A DNA stretch of 64,000 nucleotides, taken from an uncultured Acidobacteriota bacterium (lineage in GTDB: Bacteria; Acidobacteriota; Blastocatellia; RBC074). This document shows, in pieces, positions 40,224 to 51,208 of the stretch. Within the stretch, counting starts at the first letter, position 1; every line of letters begins with the position of its first letter. The translations under genes were made by a program, and so were the position numbers. The notes beneath the pieces were generated by a model, which saw nothing but the letters and a program-made list of their open reading frames with translations, did no database searches and was not told where the DNA came from. The stretch is from positions 512,001 through 576,000 of the forward strand of contig CAWCKY010000002.1 in NCBI GenBank assembly GCA_963796275.1. The letters are read 5' to 3'.

Positions 40224-42404
40224 TCAATTCGCCTGATCTTCAGGTGTCTTCGCTTGATTCTCAGGTGTCTGCTGTTCGGCCTTCTTCTTTCCAAATGGCT
40301 CTGATAAATATGCCTGCGCAGTCGCCTGGGCATTATCGTAGTTGTTGCCATTGGAGATCGCTTTACTGTATTCGGCGATTGCGCGCTCACGCTGACCGAT
40401 CATATCCCAGCAATTGCCTCGGTAGATATATGAAAAAACCTCTACCCAATCGGGCCGGAGATTTCCGTTCAGAGCCTGATCGAATGCGTCCAGCGCCCTG
40501 TTCCAATTGCGCTGGGTGAAATAGAGGTAGCCGAGGTTATAGTGAGCCCAGGAATTGTTACGATTGAGTTTGATGGCAGCCTGGAATTGCTGTTCTGCTT
40601 CGATGTATTCCTGCTCGCGGAAATGTTCGATGCCTCGCCGAACGATCACACCTTCGCGAAGCTCCGGCGAACTTCGCATGATCTTCGCTCCGGGATCGAC
40701 GAGGACTTCGATCGGCTTGCTCTTACTGGCAATCTCGAAGTCGACCGAAGTACCTTTCATATTCAAAGTCTGCCGCTCGTTTCCCGCTTCCGTGCGCAGC
40801 ATAATTTCGATCGGCATCTCGAAGGTGTCGAGATCCTGCTTGACTGTGCCCGTAACGCGGAAGCCCTCTTTACCGCGAAGTATCCGATAATCCGATCTGA
40901 ATTCAGGGACGCCGGTCGAATCCAGCCACTGGCCGAAGAAGAAGCGCAGGTCCCTTCCCGCGGTTTGTGAGGCCAGCGCTTCGAATTCGTCGAGCTTGAC
41001 GTTCTTTCCCGTATACTTCGTGTAATAGTCGCGCAGCATCGCATCGAACTTCTCTTCACCCATCAACTGTCTCAGCATATTGAAGATGAGAGCCCCTTTG
41101 TAGAACACCACCGAACGATAGTTCGGGGTTTGATCTTCGAGATCCAGGGGTGCTTGCCGGATCGATGCCGATTGCTCGAATGCCAATGCCTTTTCGAGCT
41201 CAGCTTGCATGGTCTGAGTATATTGCGACTCGTTACTATTGTCTTTCTGATAGAGAAGCGTGCTGAATTCCGCCAGACCTTGTGAGAGCCAGCTGTCGTC
41301 GAATGATCTCAGACCGACGGCCTGTCCCCACCATTGATAAGCGACTTCCCGGGCGAGCTTTTCATCGAGCCCGGAGGTCAGCGCGCGCGGCGAAATCAGA
41401 ATAGTTCCGGGGCCCGAGTATATCTCGAGAGTCTCCTCGTCAGTCTCAGCCACTACCATTCTATTGCCGTAAGCGTAACGGCCAAATTTCGACGAGTAAA
41501 ATTCGAGATGCTTGCCGACAACTTCGGCCGCGTGATCGGCCCACTTCTCATCGCCCGCTTTGACATAAAAATCGACCGTAAATCCGCCCTGCGTCGTTGG
41601 ACGATGAATATATTTGGCCGCCGCGAAAGTTCCGGGCAACCCCGGTTTCGTCGTGTTTAAGGTAAAAGTAGAAAACTCTTCCTTGGTCTTCGGGTCGGTC
41701 GATGGAACCGCGAAAACAGGTTGTTCGCTGTACCCCGCAACAAGTATCCCCTTGGGAACTTTGATGTTTATGAGAGCGGTGGAGAGATCGGCGACGTAGT
41801 CGTGGAAGGGATACCAGCGAGCGGAATAGAAGAGATATGACCCTTGCTCACCGACATAAGCGAGACGGGCGTTCGAGATAACCCCTCCCTGCGGCGACTC
41901 GAGCGGCCCTTCATATTCAAACACCAGCGTGATGGGCTGGTTGGCCGGTACTACATTTCCCAGATCGATACGCACGTTGGGCAGACTGTCGCTCTTGTTC
42001 TGTATGAACTGTAACTCCGGCGACGCAGACGCCAGCGCTGCTTCATTCGCCTTAGCTGTTGAATCGGTTGCCTTGCCATTCTTGGCTCCGCGAGTCTTCG
42101 GATCGCGCGGTGCCGGTTTCGTGGCGGGGGCAGTTGTGGCAGCAACCCCGGCGCGCGTTATTCGCTTGACTGTGAGTGATCCATTTAACTCGAAGATGAC
42201 CGACCGCGTCTCAGATTCAGGCACGAATCGCACCTCGGCGCGCGCCTTCAGAAGCTGCGCTGAGGGAACGAGCTCAGCTTCGATCTTGTAGTGTTGAACA
42301 TCGTAATCAGTTCCGCCCTTCTGCGCGTTTTGAGCGCCCGCTCCGAGAATAGACAGAGCAAAAGCGGCGATGGAAACTATCCCAATCCGAAATAATCTAT
42401 TCAT
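40224..42404 (-). CDS. M1 aminopeptidase-like protein with C-terminal TPRs; zinc motif degenerate
   Basis: [51 protein letters not shown]; TPR tail. Confidence 0.85.
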   Translation of the reverse strand: MNRLFRIGIVSIAAFALSILGAGAQNAQKGGTDYDVQHYKIEAELVPSAQLLKARAEVRFVPESETRSVIFELNGSLTVKRITRAGVAATTAPATKPAPRDPKTRGAKNGKATDSTAKANEAALASASPELQFIQNKSDSLPNVRIDLGNVVPANQPITLVFEYEGPLESPQGGVISNARLAYVGEQGSYLFYSARWYPFHDYVADLSTALINIKVPKGILVAGYSEQPVFAVPSTDPKTKEEFSTFTLNTTKPGLPGTFAAAKYIHRPTTQGGFTVDFYVKAGDEKWADHAAEVVGKHLEFYSSKFGRYAYGNRMVVAETDEETLEIYSGPGTILISPRALTSGLDEKLAREVAYQWWGQAVGLRSFDDSWLSQGLAEFSTLLYQKDNSNESQYTQTMQAELEKALAFEQSASIRQAPLDLEDQTPNYRSVVFYKGALIFNMLRQLMGEEKFDAMLRDYYTKYTGKNVKLDEFEALASQTAGRDLRFFFGQWLDSTGVPEFRSDYRILRGKEGFRVTGTVKQDLDTFEMPIEIMLRTEAGNERQTLNMKGTSVDFEIASKSKPIEVLVDPGAKIMRSSPELREGVIVRRGIEHFREQEYIEAEQQFQAAIKLNRNNSWAHYNLGYLYFTQRNWNRALDAFDQALNGNLRPDWVEVFSYIYRGNCWDMIGQRERAIAEYSKAISNGNNYDNAQATAQAYLSEPFGKKKAEQQTPENQAKTPEDQAN

Positions 42405-42518
42405 TTTGTAAGCCCCGCAGTTGTTGATCATATGCAGTAGTTGTGCAGTAGTTGATCAAATGTTGTTGTAGGATTATAGCATCTAGGATCGCTTTTTGAA
42501 GCTAAATGCGAGGAAATA

Positions 42519-43394
42519 ATGAAACCAGAAGATCTGTCTGTTTATCACCATCCGATCACCCCCCTTTTCCCCCGTATTCCGAAGGCACAAGAGCTTAACC
42601 GTTATCGCTTGAACGATGATCAGGTGAGATTTTTCAATGAGAACGGATACCTGGCGGGGCTCCGTATCCTGCACGATGCGGATATCGAGAGCCTGCGCCA
42701 AGAGTTGCAAGATATAGTAAATCCGGGGCAATCGGCCCATTGCCACTTCTATGAATTTCATTCGAACGAATCCGCGGATCCAGCTAAAGTGGTCTTTCAC
42801 GCGCTCGGGGCCTGGCGCATCAAACCCGGGTTCCACGACCTGCTCTGGCATCCAGCTTATCTTATTCCGGCCGCGCAACTACTAGGCGGCGCAGTACGTT
42901 TCTGGCACGATCAGCTCTTCTGCAAGCCCGCGCATCACGGCGGTGTGGTCGCATGGCATCAGGATTATTCCTACTGGACGCGTACCACCCCGCTCGCTCA
43001 TCTGACCTGCTGGATCGGGCTCGATGATACAACACACGATAACGGTTGTGTCCGCTACGTGCCCGGGAGCCATCTCTGGCCGGATCTTCCGATCACTGGA
43101 TTGACAGGTGACATAGATGCCATTCAATCAGTGCTCACTGCTGAACAGAGGAAACTGTTCAATCCGGTGGCAATCGAACTCAAGAAAGGCGAATGTACGT
43201 TCCATCACCCTCGAATGATTCACGGTTCATACGAGAACACAACCGGAAATCAACGGCGTGCAACGGTAATCAATCTCTTCCGGGATGGAGTAAGATCGAA
43301 CTCCGATGAACCGCTGCTGGCGGGCGTTCCCGTTATTCCAAAAGGTGAAAAGATGGGCGGACAGTTCTTTCCTCTTTTGTTCGATCCCGTTTGA
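42519..43394 (+). CDS. Phytanoyl-CoA dioxygenase (PhyH) family Fe(II)/2OG enzyme
   Basis: FFNENGY, WHQD, CWIGLDD, NGC..YVPGSH, HGS..N...RR. Confidence 0.9.
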   Translation: MKPEDLSVYHHPITPLFPRIPKAQELNRYRLNDDQVRFFNENGYLAGLRILHDADIESLRQELQDIVNPGQSAHCHFYEFHSNESADPAKVVFHALGAWRIKPGFHDLLWHPAYLIPAAQLLGGAVRFWHDQLFCKPAHHGGVVAWHQDYSYWTRTTPLAHLTCWIGLDDTTHDNGCVRYVPGSHLWPDLPITGLTGDIDAIQSVLTAEQRKLFNPVAIELKKGECTFHHPRMIHGSYENTTGNQRRATVINLFRDGVRSNSDEPLLAGVPVIPKGEKMGGQFFPLLFDPV

Positions 43395-43487
43395 TCGCCG
43401 GCTAATTTCACGACCATTGACGTTTATGTTTGCCGTCAAGGCCATCATTGAGCATTATATTCCGATATTCCAAATTCCGTATTGGCA

Positions 43488-44528
43488 TTACGGCTTTTTA
43501 TATTTCTGAATCAACTCATTCATCCCGTCGGTCTTTCCATCATGACGAAATTCATAATATTGCTTCATGTTTTCTTTTAGTTGCTGGTTTACCTCCTTAA
43601 ATTGCGCATTGCTTTCGGTTGCACCGATAGCGCGAGCCATCCAGTCGATGGTCTCATCCATTTTCGTCAGCGCCTGGTTGAGTATCTCCGACTTCTTTTC
43701 GGCCTGATATTTTTTAGCGAGTTCCTGGTACTCTTCGTTCGAAACATTAACCAGCAGAAGAAGCGTCGGAGGATCGTAAGGGTCGACCCCGACCGCCTTC
43801 TCCAATTTATCTCTCGCCCTCGCCTTGTCATTGCTGAAATAGAGAATAGCCCCGTGTGCCTGATAAATGCGGGGAAGCCAGGTGTTACGATATGTATTCC
43901 ATGCTTCGGCAGTCATCCGCTCAGGTTTCTTATCTGTTTCCATCATCTCAATTGCTTTACCGGCGGCTTGAGACGATTCCTGCAGCAACTTCGGAGAGGC
44001 CGCTTGTTTCTGTGCCTGATTCATCCCTGACAACGCAAGCTGAGTCAGCATGATGACATCATCGGGGTTCTTCTCCAGATATTTGGAGCTTTCCTTCAGA
44101 GCCTCGTCGATCTTCCCCGAATTCAAGTAAGCCTCGACCAATGCGGGCTTGACCAGATCGGCCTCATTCGGTTGATTGAACGTGGATGTGAAGTTTTGCG
44201 CCAACGTGATCTTCTGCGAGCTATCCTTCACCGCGATGATTTCATCGGCGATGACGCCGGCGACGCGCGGCCGCATCTGGCTCTTGGAGTACTTCTTGAG
44301 ATATTCGGCCGCCGCCTTGAGTTTGGCATCCGCTCCCGATGCTGCGTTGATCTTCGCCAGGGCTTTCTGCTCATCTTCGGATACCTGCGGCGGTTGATCC
44401 TTTGTTTGACCTTGCTTTTGATCCTGTCCATCAAAGGATGAGGCGTGAGCCAATGACCCAATTGCAAAAATAAATGCGAGCAGGTACACCGCCCTCACCC
44501 GCAATTCAAGAAGAAACCTCGATTTCAT
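43488..44528 (-). CDS. Exported alpha-helical/TPR-like protein
   Basis: Signal peptide; helical repeat pattern throughout. Confidence 0.7.
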   Translation of the reverse strand: MKSRFLLELRVRAVYLLAFIFAIGSLAHASSFDGQDQKQGQTKDQPPQVSEDEQKALAKINAASGADAKLKAAAEYLKKYSKSQMRPRVAGVIADEIIAVKDSSQKITLAQNFTSTFNQPNEADLVKPALVEAYLNSGKIDEALKESSKYLEKNPDDVIMLTQLALSGMNQAQKQAASPKLLQESSQAAGKAIEMMETDKKPERMTAEAWNTYRNTWLPRIYQAHGAILYFSNDKARARDKLEKAVGVDPYDPPTLLLLVNVSNEEYQELAKKYQAEKKSEILNQALTKMDETIDWMARAIGATESNAQFKEVNQQLKENMKQYYEFRHDGKTDGMNELIQKYKKP

Positions 44529-45092
44529 TTTTTATCCTCTTAGCTTCGTGTTTTAGCTTCGTGTTTTATTCGCGATGATCGAAATTGTAATGATCGAATT
44601 TTATGATTGATACCGAATAGCGATATGCGTTATCTGCCGATCACTAAGCGGTATTATACTTATTTTGTGAAAAATCAGTACCACAAGCGATAGCCCCCGA
44701 CTTGTGGAAATGAAATTCGCTCGCTGCCTTCGCCAGACCAACTATCCTCACCTGCTCTCGTTCGTATGTTTTCGCGCGATTGCGTGGTCCTTCGACCCTC
44801 CCTATAGATCGTAATACAGAATCTCAGGTGGAGCGATAAATCGATTCAACACATATATTTATATCCCCAGGTGGCTTTATTGGAAAAATTTGTTGATTTA
44901 TTTCATCCCTATGGACCAATCACGAGGTGGTAAGTTCAATTCTCGTGCCGTTTCTCGCTGCGCTATTGGGGGAGCAAAAAAACTATATCAAACACTTGCA
45001 AGAGGGAGTGATAACACAAAAAAAACAGAGGGCACGAAAGATACTCTTCGCGTCCTCTGTCTTCTTACGATTCTTCCGGCGAACTTTAGCGC

Positions 45093-46043
45093 TTATTGTT
45101 TAGCAGGAGCCGGAGTAGCGGGGGCTGTCGATGCCTGGGACCGGGTCATCCCGCGATTGATGAGCACCTTAACCTCCACCCGCCGATTTTGCGCGCGTCC
45201 CGATGATGTTTTGTTATTGGCAACTGCCGTCGTCTCTCCGTAACCCATCGGCGAGACGAAGCGGCGGAGCGGGATTTTATGATTCACTGCCAGGAATTGG
45301 ATCACTGATTCGGCTCGCTGCCGGCTGAGAATAAAATTCCTCGCTTCGCTTCCGGTAGAATCGGCAAAACCCCCGACCTCGATAATATAAGACTTGGCGT
45401 TGATCGCTTTTTCGGCCAGAGCGGCGAGATCCTGCCTGGCCTTTGATGAAAGGGTAATGCTGTTCACGCCGAAATTTACGGTGACTGATTCCTGCACATC
45501 ATAGTCATCCAAAGCTGAAATGCGCTCATTCGCCGCGCCCGCTTCGCTTCTGGCCTCAGCGGCGACCGCCGATAACTCATCTACCTGTCCGGACAACCGC
45601 TCCTGGTTCTCCTCGACCGGATTAACGCGCGTGTCAGTTGTGATCGCGGCTCTCATATCAGACTCGTTGAACCGGACCTTTTCTGCTACGAGTTGGCCCT
45701 GCGCATCACCGCGTCCCTCAACCTCCACAATCAGCCCTCTCAAAATATCTGTAATTGCGTATTTCTTGCCGCGGCGGAAAAATCCGCCAAAATTCTTGAT
45801 GCTCGTGGTGTCCGTCAGGAGGACTTGATAATCCGTACGGCTCCGGTCTCTTATCGTGAAGGTATCAGCGTCGCGCCCCAAAACGACACCTTGAAACTTC
45901 AACTTCGCTCCGCTTGGAACGGACTGTATATTAACTGGGCGTTTTTGAGCGACCTGAGTGTTCGTGGTTTGTCCAAATATCAGAGGAGTTACCATTAATA
46001 CAAGCGCCAGACAGAACATTCGAGTTACCGATTTCATTAACAT
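45093..46043 (-). CDS. OmpA-family protein with N-terminal DUF5666-like OB domain and coiled coil
   Basis: GFADSTG...N..LS..RAESV, GYGE...ANN....GRAQNRRVEV; N-terminal GLIVEVEG. Confidence 0.88.
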   Translation of the reverse strand: MLMKSVTRMFCLALVLMVTPLIFGQTTNTQVAQKRPVNIQSVPSGAKLKFQGVVLGRDADTFTIRDRSRTDYQVLLTDTTSIKNFGGFFRRGKKYAITDILRGLIVEVEGRGDAQGQLVAEKVRFNESDMRAAITTDTRVNPVEENQERLSGQVDELSAVAAEARSEAGAANERISALDDYDVQESVTVNFGVNSITLSSKARQDLAALAEKAINAKSYIIEVGGFADSTGSEARNFILSRQRAESVIQFLAVNHKIPLRRFVSPMGYGETTAVANNKTSSGRAQNRRVEVKVLINRGMTRSQASTAPATPAPAKQ

Positions 46044-46181
46044 ATTTCCCTCTTCCTGAGCTGATGGAATGCCTCGCATATACCATCAGTCATTGGCATC
46101 AAACAAGTTAAACTGTTTGGGGGAAGGAACAAGAATCGTAACCAAAAGCGTGACAGAAATCAACAAAACGATGCGGCGGGA

Positions 46182-49142
46182 TCAATCGACGAAGCGTAAT
46201 CCTTCTGGTAACGACTCGCCGAAAATGCGTACAGCATCCGCGCGACCGGGGGGAACATACTCGCGCAGGCTTTCGAGCAGGCCTTCAGTCATACCCGCTT
46301 CGTTCAGTTTCACCAGTGCTGACCAGCGCAGATCGCCTTCGATGTCACGTTGCGGATCCCCGGTCAGAGCACCCAATTGAACGATAGCCGAAGCGATGTC
46401 GGGCGAGAGGTCGGCCAATTGCAGCAATGACCTGATCCATTGCCCCGCGCTCTCCGCCGGCACAACACAATTGAGCGGGCCATAGAGGGGGATCCGCGCG
46501 CCCAAGCGGCCGAGGGACCAGAGGAAACTTTTATTACCGGGATGTTCTTTGACCTTACCCAGTAGTTCCTGGCCCAGCGCTACGCGCGTGTTCCCCGGCA
46601 AGTGTTCCAGGCTCGCCAGCAATCGCCAACCTTCGCGTTCGACCTGAGTGTTGAGCCGCCCCTTCAATTTCTTCCCTCCTACTCCTATGGCGTTCCGGAT
46701 CCGGTGGAAGATTTCATTCTGCTGGTTGGCGTTCAATCCTCCAGCCAGGCGCCGCCAGAGCACCAGCCACTCGATCTGGCACTGCAGTTCTTTCGGGAAC
46801 ATAAGTCCTGCCATATAAATTTTGCGCGCCTGCGCGATGCGCCAATCGTCGGCCGGCGCGCCGAATCCGGGGCGCAGGCAGAAGCCGAAGAGATTGAGCC
46901 AGCGGGCCTCGAATTTCGCCCCTTTCTTCCGCCCGTCAGCCACATCATCATCCGCCAACACATCGCAGAGATTGCGAATTGTGATCATCGGCCAGGCGTC
47001 CTTCCCGTATCCGAAGAGACCTTCGATCTTATTAACCAGCGTTTCGGGCGTAACAATATCGCTCTCGATATCTTTACCAGGCACGTTAAAAACAGCACGA
47101 ATCAGGCTTTCGGAACGATCAACCGATTCATCAGAAATTACGGTCTGCGTCTCTTCCGCGTCATACTCGTCTTCAATATCAGGCGCAGGTTCAAAGCCCC
47201 GCAGCTGAAATAACAGCCGCCACCGGTGTTCGGTCTTGAGCGATTCGCACCAAAGTTCGAGGGTACCCACCTCCGTGAAGTAAACGGTCAGCCGGACGGC
47301 AAGTTCCACTTGCTTCGACTTCTTGCCGAAGCGAAGGGTGGTTATTAGCGGAGCGTGCCGGTGAACCTCTTCTTCGCTCAGAGTAACCACATCGCCGTGG
47401 GCGTCATGGCCGGTAGTTGAGCTGTATAACGTGAAGGTGACCGGCCGGTTGGCAAGGGCCATAAATTCCCTGCTCTCCAGATTGAGCGTGGTTCCCTCTT
47501 CAGTTCCGCGCGGCAAAACGCAGACGGCCTGCACCTGCCCATCCGCGACCTGAACGCCACTCTGCACGCCGATGTAATAAGCGCGGGCGCTCCCGCCGCT
47601 GATGCGTAATCCGCCGCTCTTCCGCACGTGACCGTAATAGGCCGCACCCACGGCCACCGCGCTCTCAGGCACCTCATTGCTCAGGACCTTCGGACGCCAC
47701 ACGCTTTCATCGGAAAACCAGCCGGCGATGGTATCAATGATGCGCTCGCGGGTGATTGGCGGAGCAAAGAATCCGCCGTTGAAGAGCACCGCGTCTGGTC
47801 TGATCATTGTCGATTTGGCAATGAGGCTTGCTGATTGCCGATTGGGCGATGCAGATCGGCTCGATCGCGCGGCAGATCGCGTATTTGATGAATTTGGGAC
47901 TTGAGGCAGTAGGGCGTCTTTTGTATCCCCAGCCGCCTCCCGCATTCCATTATCTCTGCCCGCTTTAGTAAGAAATTCTGCCAGATGCTTCGTGATAGCC
48001 GGTTCACTGTCGTAAGGCAAGCCCAACTCACGCAAGCCGGTTCTCCGCGCACGCGGCGGCAGCTCGACGGGCGCGGTAACCGGAAGAAATCCGTTGAGGA
48101 GAGTTTCCTCAACCTCCTCCCGCGTGAGTTCCGTGCTGAGAGTTCCGCCTACTACCGTGCGGCCGCCACCAAGCACGCTCAACGGCACGCGCTTGATCCG
48201 CCCGGCACCCAATAACCTTTCCTTCGCGAAACAGCACGCGCGCCGCAAAGCGTTCTGCTGGCGCAGGTCGAGTTTGGGATTACCCAGCTTCTCCATCACA
48301 CGGTGCGCCAGAGCCAGATCGACATTATCCCCGCCCAGAAGAAGGTGCTCGCCTATCGCTATGCGCTCGAATCGAATCTCTCCATTCACGATCTGCACGC
48401 GAATCAGGCTGAAATCGGTGGTACCGCCTCCTACATCGCATATCAGGACCAAATCACCATCTTTGAGATATCGCTTGAGCGATCGCCGGCGAGCCGCTAT
48501 CCAGGCGTAGAAAGCAGCCAGAGGTTCTTCGAGGAGCGTCAGCTTTAACAACCCGGCATCGCGCGCTGACTGCACGGTTAACTCGCGCGCCTCCTCGTCA
48601 AACGAGGCGGGCACTGTGAGGACAATCTCCTGCCGTTCGAAACGCAACTCATCTTCGCCTGCGGCGATCGCGTGATTCCACGAGTCGCGCAGATGAGCCA
48701 GGTAACGCGTAGAGGCTTCCACCGGAGAACATGTCTGATCAGATTGGTTCGTCTGCCCCAATTGCTCCATCTGCCCGGCGCCCCAGGGCAGAATGCGCGC
48801 CGTGCGGTCAACCGCATCGTGACTCAGCCACGATTTGGCCGAATTGACCTGCCGCCCCGGCACGAGCGCGCCTTGCTCGCGCGCAAAAACGCCGGCGACG
48901 AACTTCGGATAATCGTCCCAGGGAAGCCGCAGACTACCGGGGACATCCTGTTCGCTGGCGAAATAGAGGAACGAGGGCAACGTCGGCTGCGATCCGAGTT
49001 CTCCCTCCGCGATGAGTTGTAATATCTCGAAGTTATGGATGGCCGGAATATCGCCGGTCAGGGCTTCCCGGGTGTTCACATAGGCTACGGCCGAATTGGT
49101 TGTGCCCAGATCAATCCCGATCAAATAACCGCTAAAATCCAT
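46182..49142 (-). CDS. Non-canonical Hsp70 family protein with C-terminal DUF3731-like helical domain
   Basis: GIDLGTTNS, TVPASF, EEPLAA, DVGGGTTDF, LGGDNVD; C-terminal WLNLFGFCLRPGFG..ADDWR, WSLGRLGARIPLYG, FGESLPEGL. Confidence 0.9.
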   Translation of the reverse strand: MDFSGYLIGIDLGTTNSAVAYVNTREALTGDIPAIHNFEILQLIAEGELGSQPTLPSFLYFASEQDVPGSLRLPWDDYPKFVAGVFAREQGALVPGRQVNSAKSWLSHDAVDRTARILPWGAGQMEQLGQTNQSDQTCSPVEASTRYLAHLRDSWNHAIAAGEDELRFERQEIVLTVPASFDEEARELTVQSARDAGLLKLTLLEEPLAAFYAWIAARRRSLKRYLKDGDLVLICDVGGGTTDFSLIRVQIVNGEIRFERIAIGEHLLLGGDNVDLALAHRVMEKLGNPKLDLRQQNALRRACCFAKERLLGAGRIKRVPLSVLGGGRTVVGGTLSTELTREEVEETLLNGFLPVTAPVELPPRARRTGLRELGLPYDSEPAITKHLAEFLTKAGRDNGMREAAGDTKDALLPQVPNSSNTRSAARSSRSASPNRQSASLIAKSTMIRPDAVLFNGGFFAPPITRERIIDTIAGWFSDESVWRPKVLSNEVPESAVAVGAAYYGHVRKSGGLRISGGSARAYYIGVQSGVQVADGQVQAVCVLPRGTEEGTTLNLESREFMALANRPVTFTLYSSTTGHDAHGDVVTLSEEEVHRHAPLITTLRFGKKSKQVELAVRLTVYFTEVGTLELWCESLKTEHRWRLLFQLRGFEPAPDIEDEYDAEETQTVISDESVDRSESLIRAVFNVPGKDIESDIVTPETLVNKIEGLFGYGKDAWPMITIRNLCDVLADDDVADGRKKGAKFEARWLNLFGFCLRPGFGAPADDWRIAQARKIYMAGLMFPKELQCQIEWLVLWRRLAGGLNANQQNEIFHRIRNAIGVGGKKLKGRLNTQVEREGWRLLASLEHLPGNTRVALGQELLGKVKEHPGNKSFLWSLGRLGARIPLYGPLNCVVPAESAGQWIRSLLQLADLSPDIASAIVQLGALTGDPQRDIEGDLRWSALVKLNEAGMTEGLLESLREYVPPGRADAVRIFGESLPEGLRFVD

Positions 49143-49206
49143 TTTCAGTTTTCAGTCTTCAGTTTCTTCAGTTTCAATCGTTTGACCGCAATAAAACTGA
49201 AAACAG
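49142..49206. repeat. (TTTTCAG)n / (CTGAAAA)n inverted heptamer array in the Hsp70-Hsp70 spacer
   Basis: TTTTCAGTTTTCAGTCTTCAGTTTCTTCAG followed by AAAACTGAAAACAG. Confidence 0.75.
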
Positions 49207-49213
49207 ATCACCT

Positions 49214-51085
49214 CTAGTCTCTTTCACGAATATTCAATTCCAGTTTCCAACGCTGTTTTCCGTCGCGCGACACGCACCAGAGCTCCAGTGTCCCGATCTC
49301 GGTGACGCGGCTCTCCAGCCTAACCGGCAATACCGTGTCATCCTGTCCGTCTACCTTCAGCGTTACTTCGAGCGGGCTCAGTTCTTGGATATCATCACTC
49401 CCCCAATCCTCGACCAGGCTACCGATCTGGTCCCGCTTGCGCACAGTAGAGCTCAGGAAACGGAACTCGGCTGGTTCGCCGACGATCAGACCGAATTCGC
49501 GGTCGGGGATTTTGGCTTCCGTTCCCTCCTCCATCCCGAAAGGAACGACGCAAAGCGCTTTGAGTGGCGCGGGAAGACCAGGTACGGCGGGCATCGCGCT
49601 CTCGACGCCGATATAGTATGTGCGCGGGGCGCCGCTGCGTATGCGCACGCCGTGCCCGCTCCGTGCGCGGCCGTAATATGCCGCGCCGCAAGCCACGGCA
49701 TGGTCGAGGTCGGGCGCATCCAACACCTCTTTCGCGCTCAGCGGTTCGAGCCCCTCAGCGCGCAGCCAGCTGTTAAGCACCTCAACCAGGCGATCGCGCA
49801 GCAAAGCCGCCTTCATCACTCCGCCGTTGAAAAGAATATGAGTCGGACAGGCGAACCCGCTCCGGCCGCGCCTGATCGATGCGGCGTCCGGGCTGTTGCC
49901 GGCCTGGCTCGCAAGGAAACGGGCCATATGTTTAGTGACTGCCGGGTCGGCGGCATAAGGAAGCCCGAGTTCCTGAAATCCGATGCGGCGCTGGCGCACG
50001 GGCATTTCGTTATTGGACACAAGCGGGAAAAATCCCTCGACCAGTGTCTGCTCGACGTCTTCGCGCAGCAGTTCGGTCTTGATCGTTCCACCGACCAATT
50101 TTGTTCCTTTACCGAGGATTGTGATCGGCTGTTTCTTGCTTCGAGTCTCAGAAAATATTTTCTCTTTCGCGGTCCTCGCCTGGTGCCAGAGCGATTGTAA
50201 TTGCCAGTTGTCGATCCGATGCCCCTCGTTCTCCAGCCGCTGTTGCAGCAAGCGTGCGAGAGCGAGATCCATGTTGTCGCCGCCCAGGAGGATGTGGTCG
50301 CCTACGGCGACGCGTCTAAGAGCGAGCTCGCCGTTTTCCTCAGAGACCGCGATCAGGCTGAAGTCGGTAGTCCCGCCTCCCACATCGCAGACCAGAATCA
50401 GATCGCCGACCTTGATGCGATTGCGCCATGAGTCAGATTGCGCTTCCAGCCACGCATAGAAAGCGGCTTGCGGCTCTTCCAGGAGCGTGACGCGGCTGAG
50501 CCCGGCCTGCTCGGCTGCGCGTAATGTCAACTCGCGAGCCTCTTCATCGAAAGATGCCGGGACCGTGAGAAATATTTCCTGCTCGCTGAGCCCAAATTCC
50601 GGCGCCTTCTTCGCCATCTGGCTGTCCCAGACGTTGCGCAAATATTCGAGGTACCGCGCGGATGCCTCGACCGGTGATAGTTTCTGAATCTCCTCGGAGG
50701 TACCCGCTGCCCCGGTTGCCCCCGCCCCGGTAGCCCCCCACGGGAGAATGGGTGAAGTGCGATTGACCGCAGCGTATGAGAGCCAGGATTTAGCGGAGGC
50801 AATCAACCGCGCGGGATTTTCACTTCCACGCTTGCGCGCCAATTCGCCGACCACGAGCTGGGGGTTTCGATCCCAAGGGAGCGCGAGACTGCCTTTCGGA
50901 AAATCCATCTCGCCGGGAATGAAGAGAAACGATGGCAGCAGCGAGCGCTCCTCAACTTCACCCGGGTTGACGAGTTGCGGAACCGGGCGCACCTCGCTCT
51001 TCGCGTTGTCATCCGAAACCGTGGTATCAAGATAAGCCAGAGCTGAATTAGTAGTCCCCAAATCAATGCCGACGATGTACCGCAT
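49214..51085 (-). CDS. Non-canonical Hsp70 family protein (no lid domain)
   Basis: GIDLGTTNS, TVPASF, EEPQAA, DVGGGTTDF, LGGDNMD, LFNGG; ends WKLELNIRERD. Confidence 0.9.
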   Translation of the reverse strand: MRYIVGIDLGTTNSALAYLDTTVSDDNAKSEVRPVPQLVNPGEVEERSLLPSFLFIPGEMDFPKGSLALPWDRNPQLVVGELARKRGSENPARLIASAKSWLSYAAVNRTSPILPWGATGAGATGAAGTSEEIQKLSPVEASARYLEYLRNVWDSQMAKKAPEFGLSEQEIFLTVPASFDEEARELTLRAAEQAGLSRVTLLEEPQAAFYAWLEAQSDSWRNRIKVGDLILVCDVGGGTTDFSLIAVSEENGELALRRVAVGDHILLGGDNMDLALARLLQQRLENEGHRIDNWQLQSLWHQARTAKEKIFSETRSKKQPITILGKGTKLVGGTIKTELLREDVEQTLVEGFFPLVSNNEMPVRQRRIGFQELGLPYAADPAVTKHMARFLASQAGNSPDAASIRRGRSGFACPTHILFNGGVMKAALLRDRLVEVLNSWLRAEGLEPLSAKEVLDAPDLDHAVACGAAYYGRARSGHGVRIRSGAPRTYYIGVESAMPAVPGLPAPLKALCVVPFGMEEGTEAKIPDREFGLIVGEPAEFRFLSSTVRKRDQIGSLVEDWGSDDIQELSPLEVTLKVDGQDDTVLPVRLESRVTEIGTLELWCVSRDGKQRWKLELNIRERD

Positions 51086-51096
51086 TTAAAAATCCT

Positions 51097-51180
51097 TTTT
51101 CAGGTTCAGTTTTTCAGTTTTCAGTTTTTATAATTGATGCTCGATCCGGTAATAATCTGTTAACTGAATACTGAAAACTG
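51097..51180. repeat. (TTTTCAG)n / (CTGAAAA)n inverted heptamer array in the DUF2760-Hsp70 spacer
   Basis: TTTTTCAGGTTCAGTTTTTCAGTTTTCAG followed by AACTGAATACTGAAAACTG. Confidence 0.75.
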
Positions 51181-51208
51181 TATCCCATCAAAGATACTGC
51201 CGGTGCCT

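Noticed and set aside
49385-50200. 271-aa plus-strand ORF antisense to Hsp70, and many similar long antisense ORFs
   Set aside because: Shadow ORFs expected from GC-rich codon bias opposite well-supported genes
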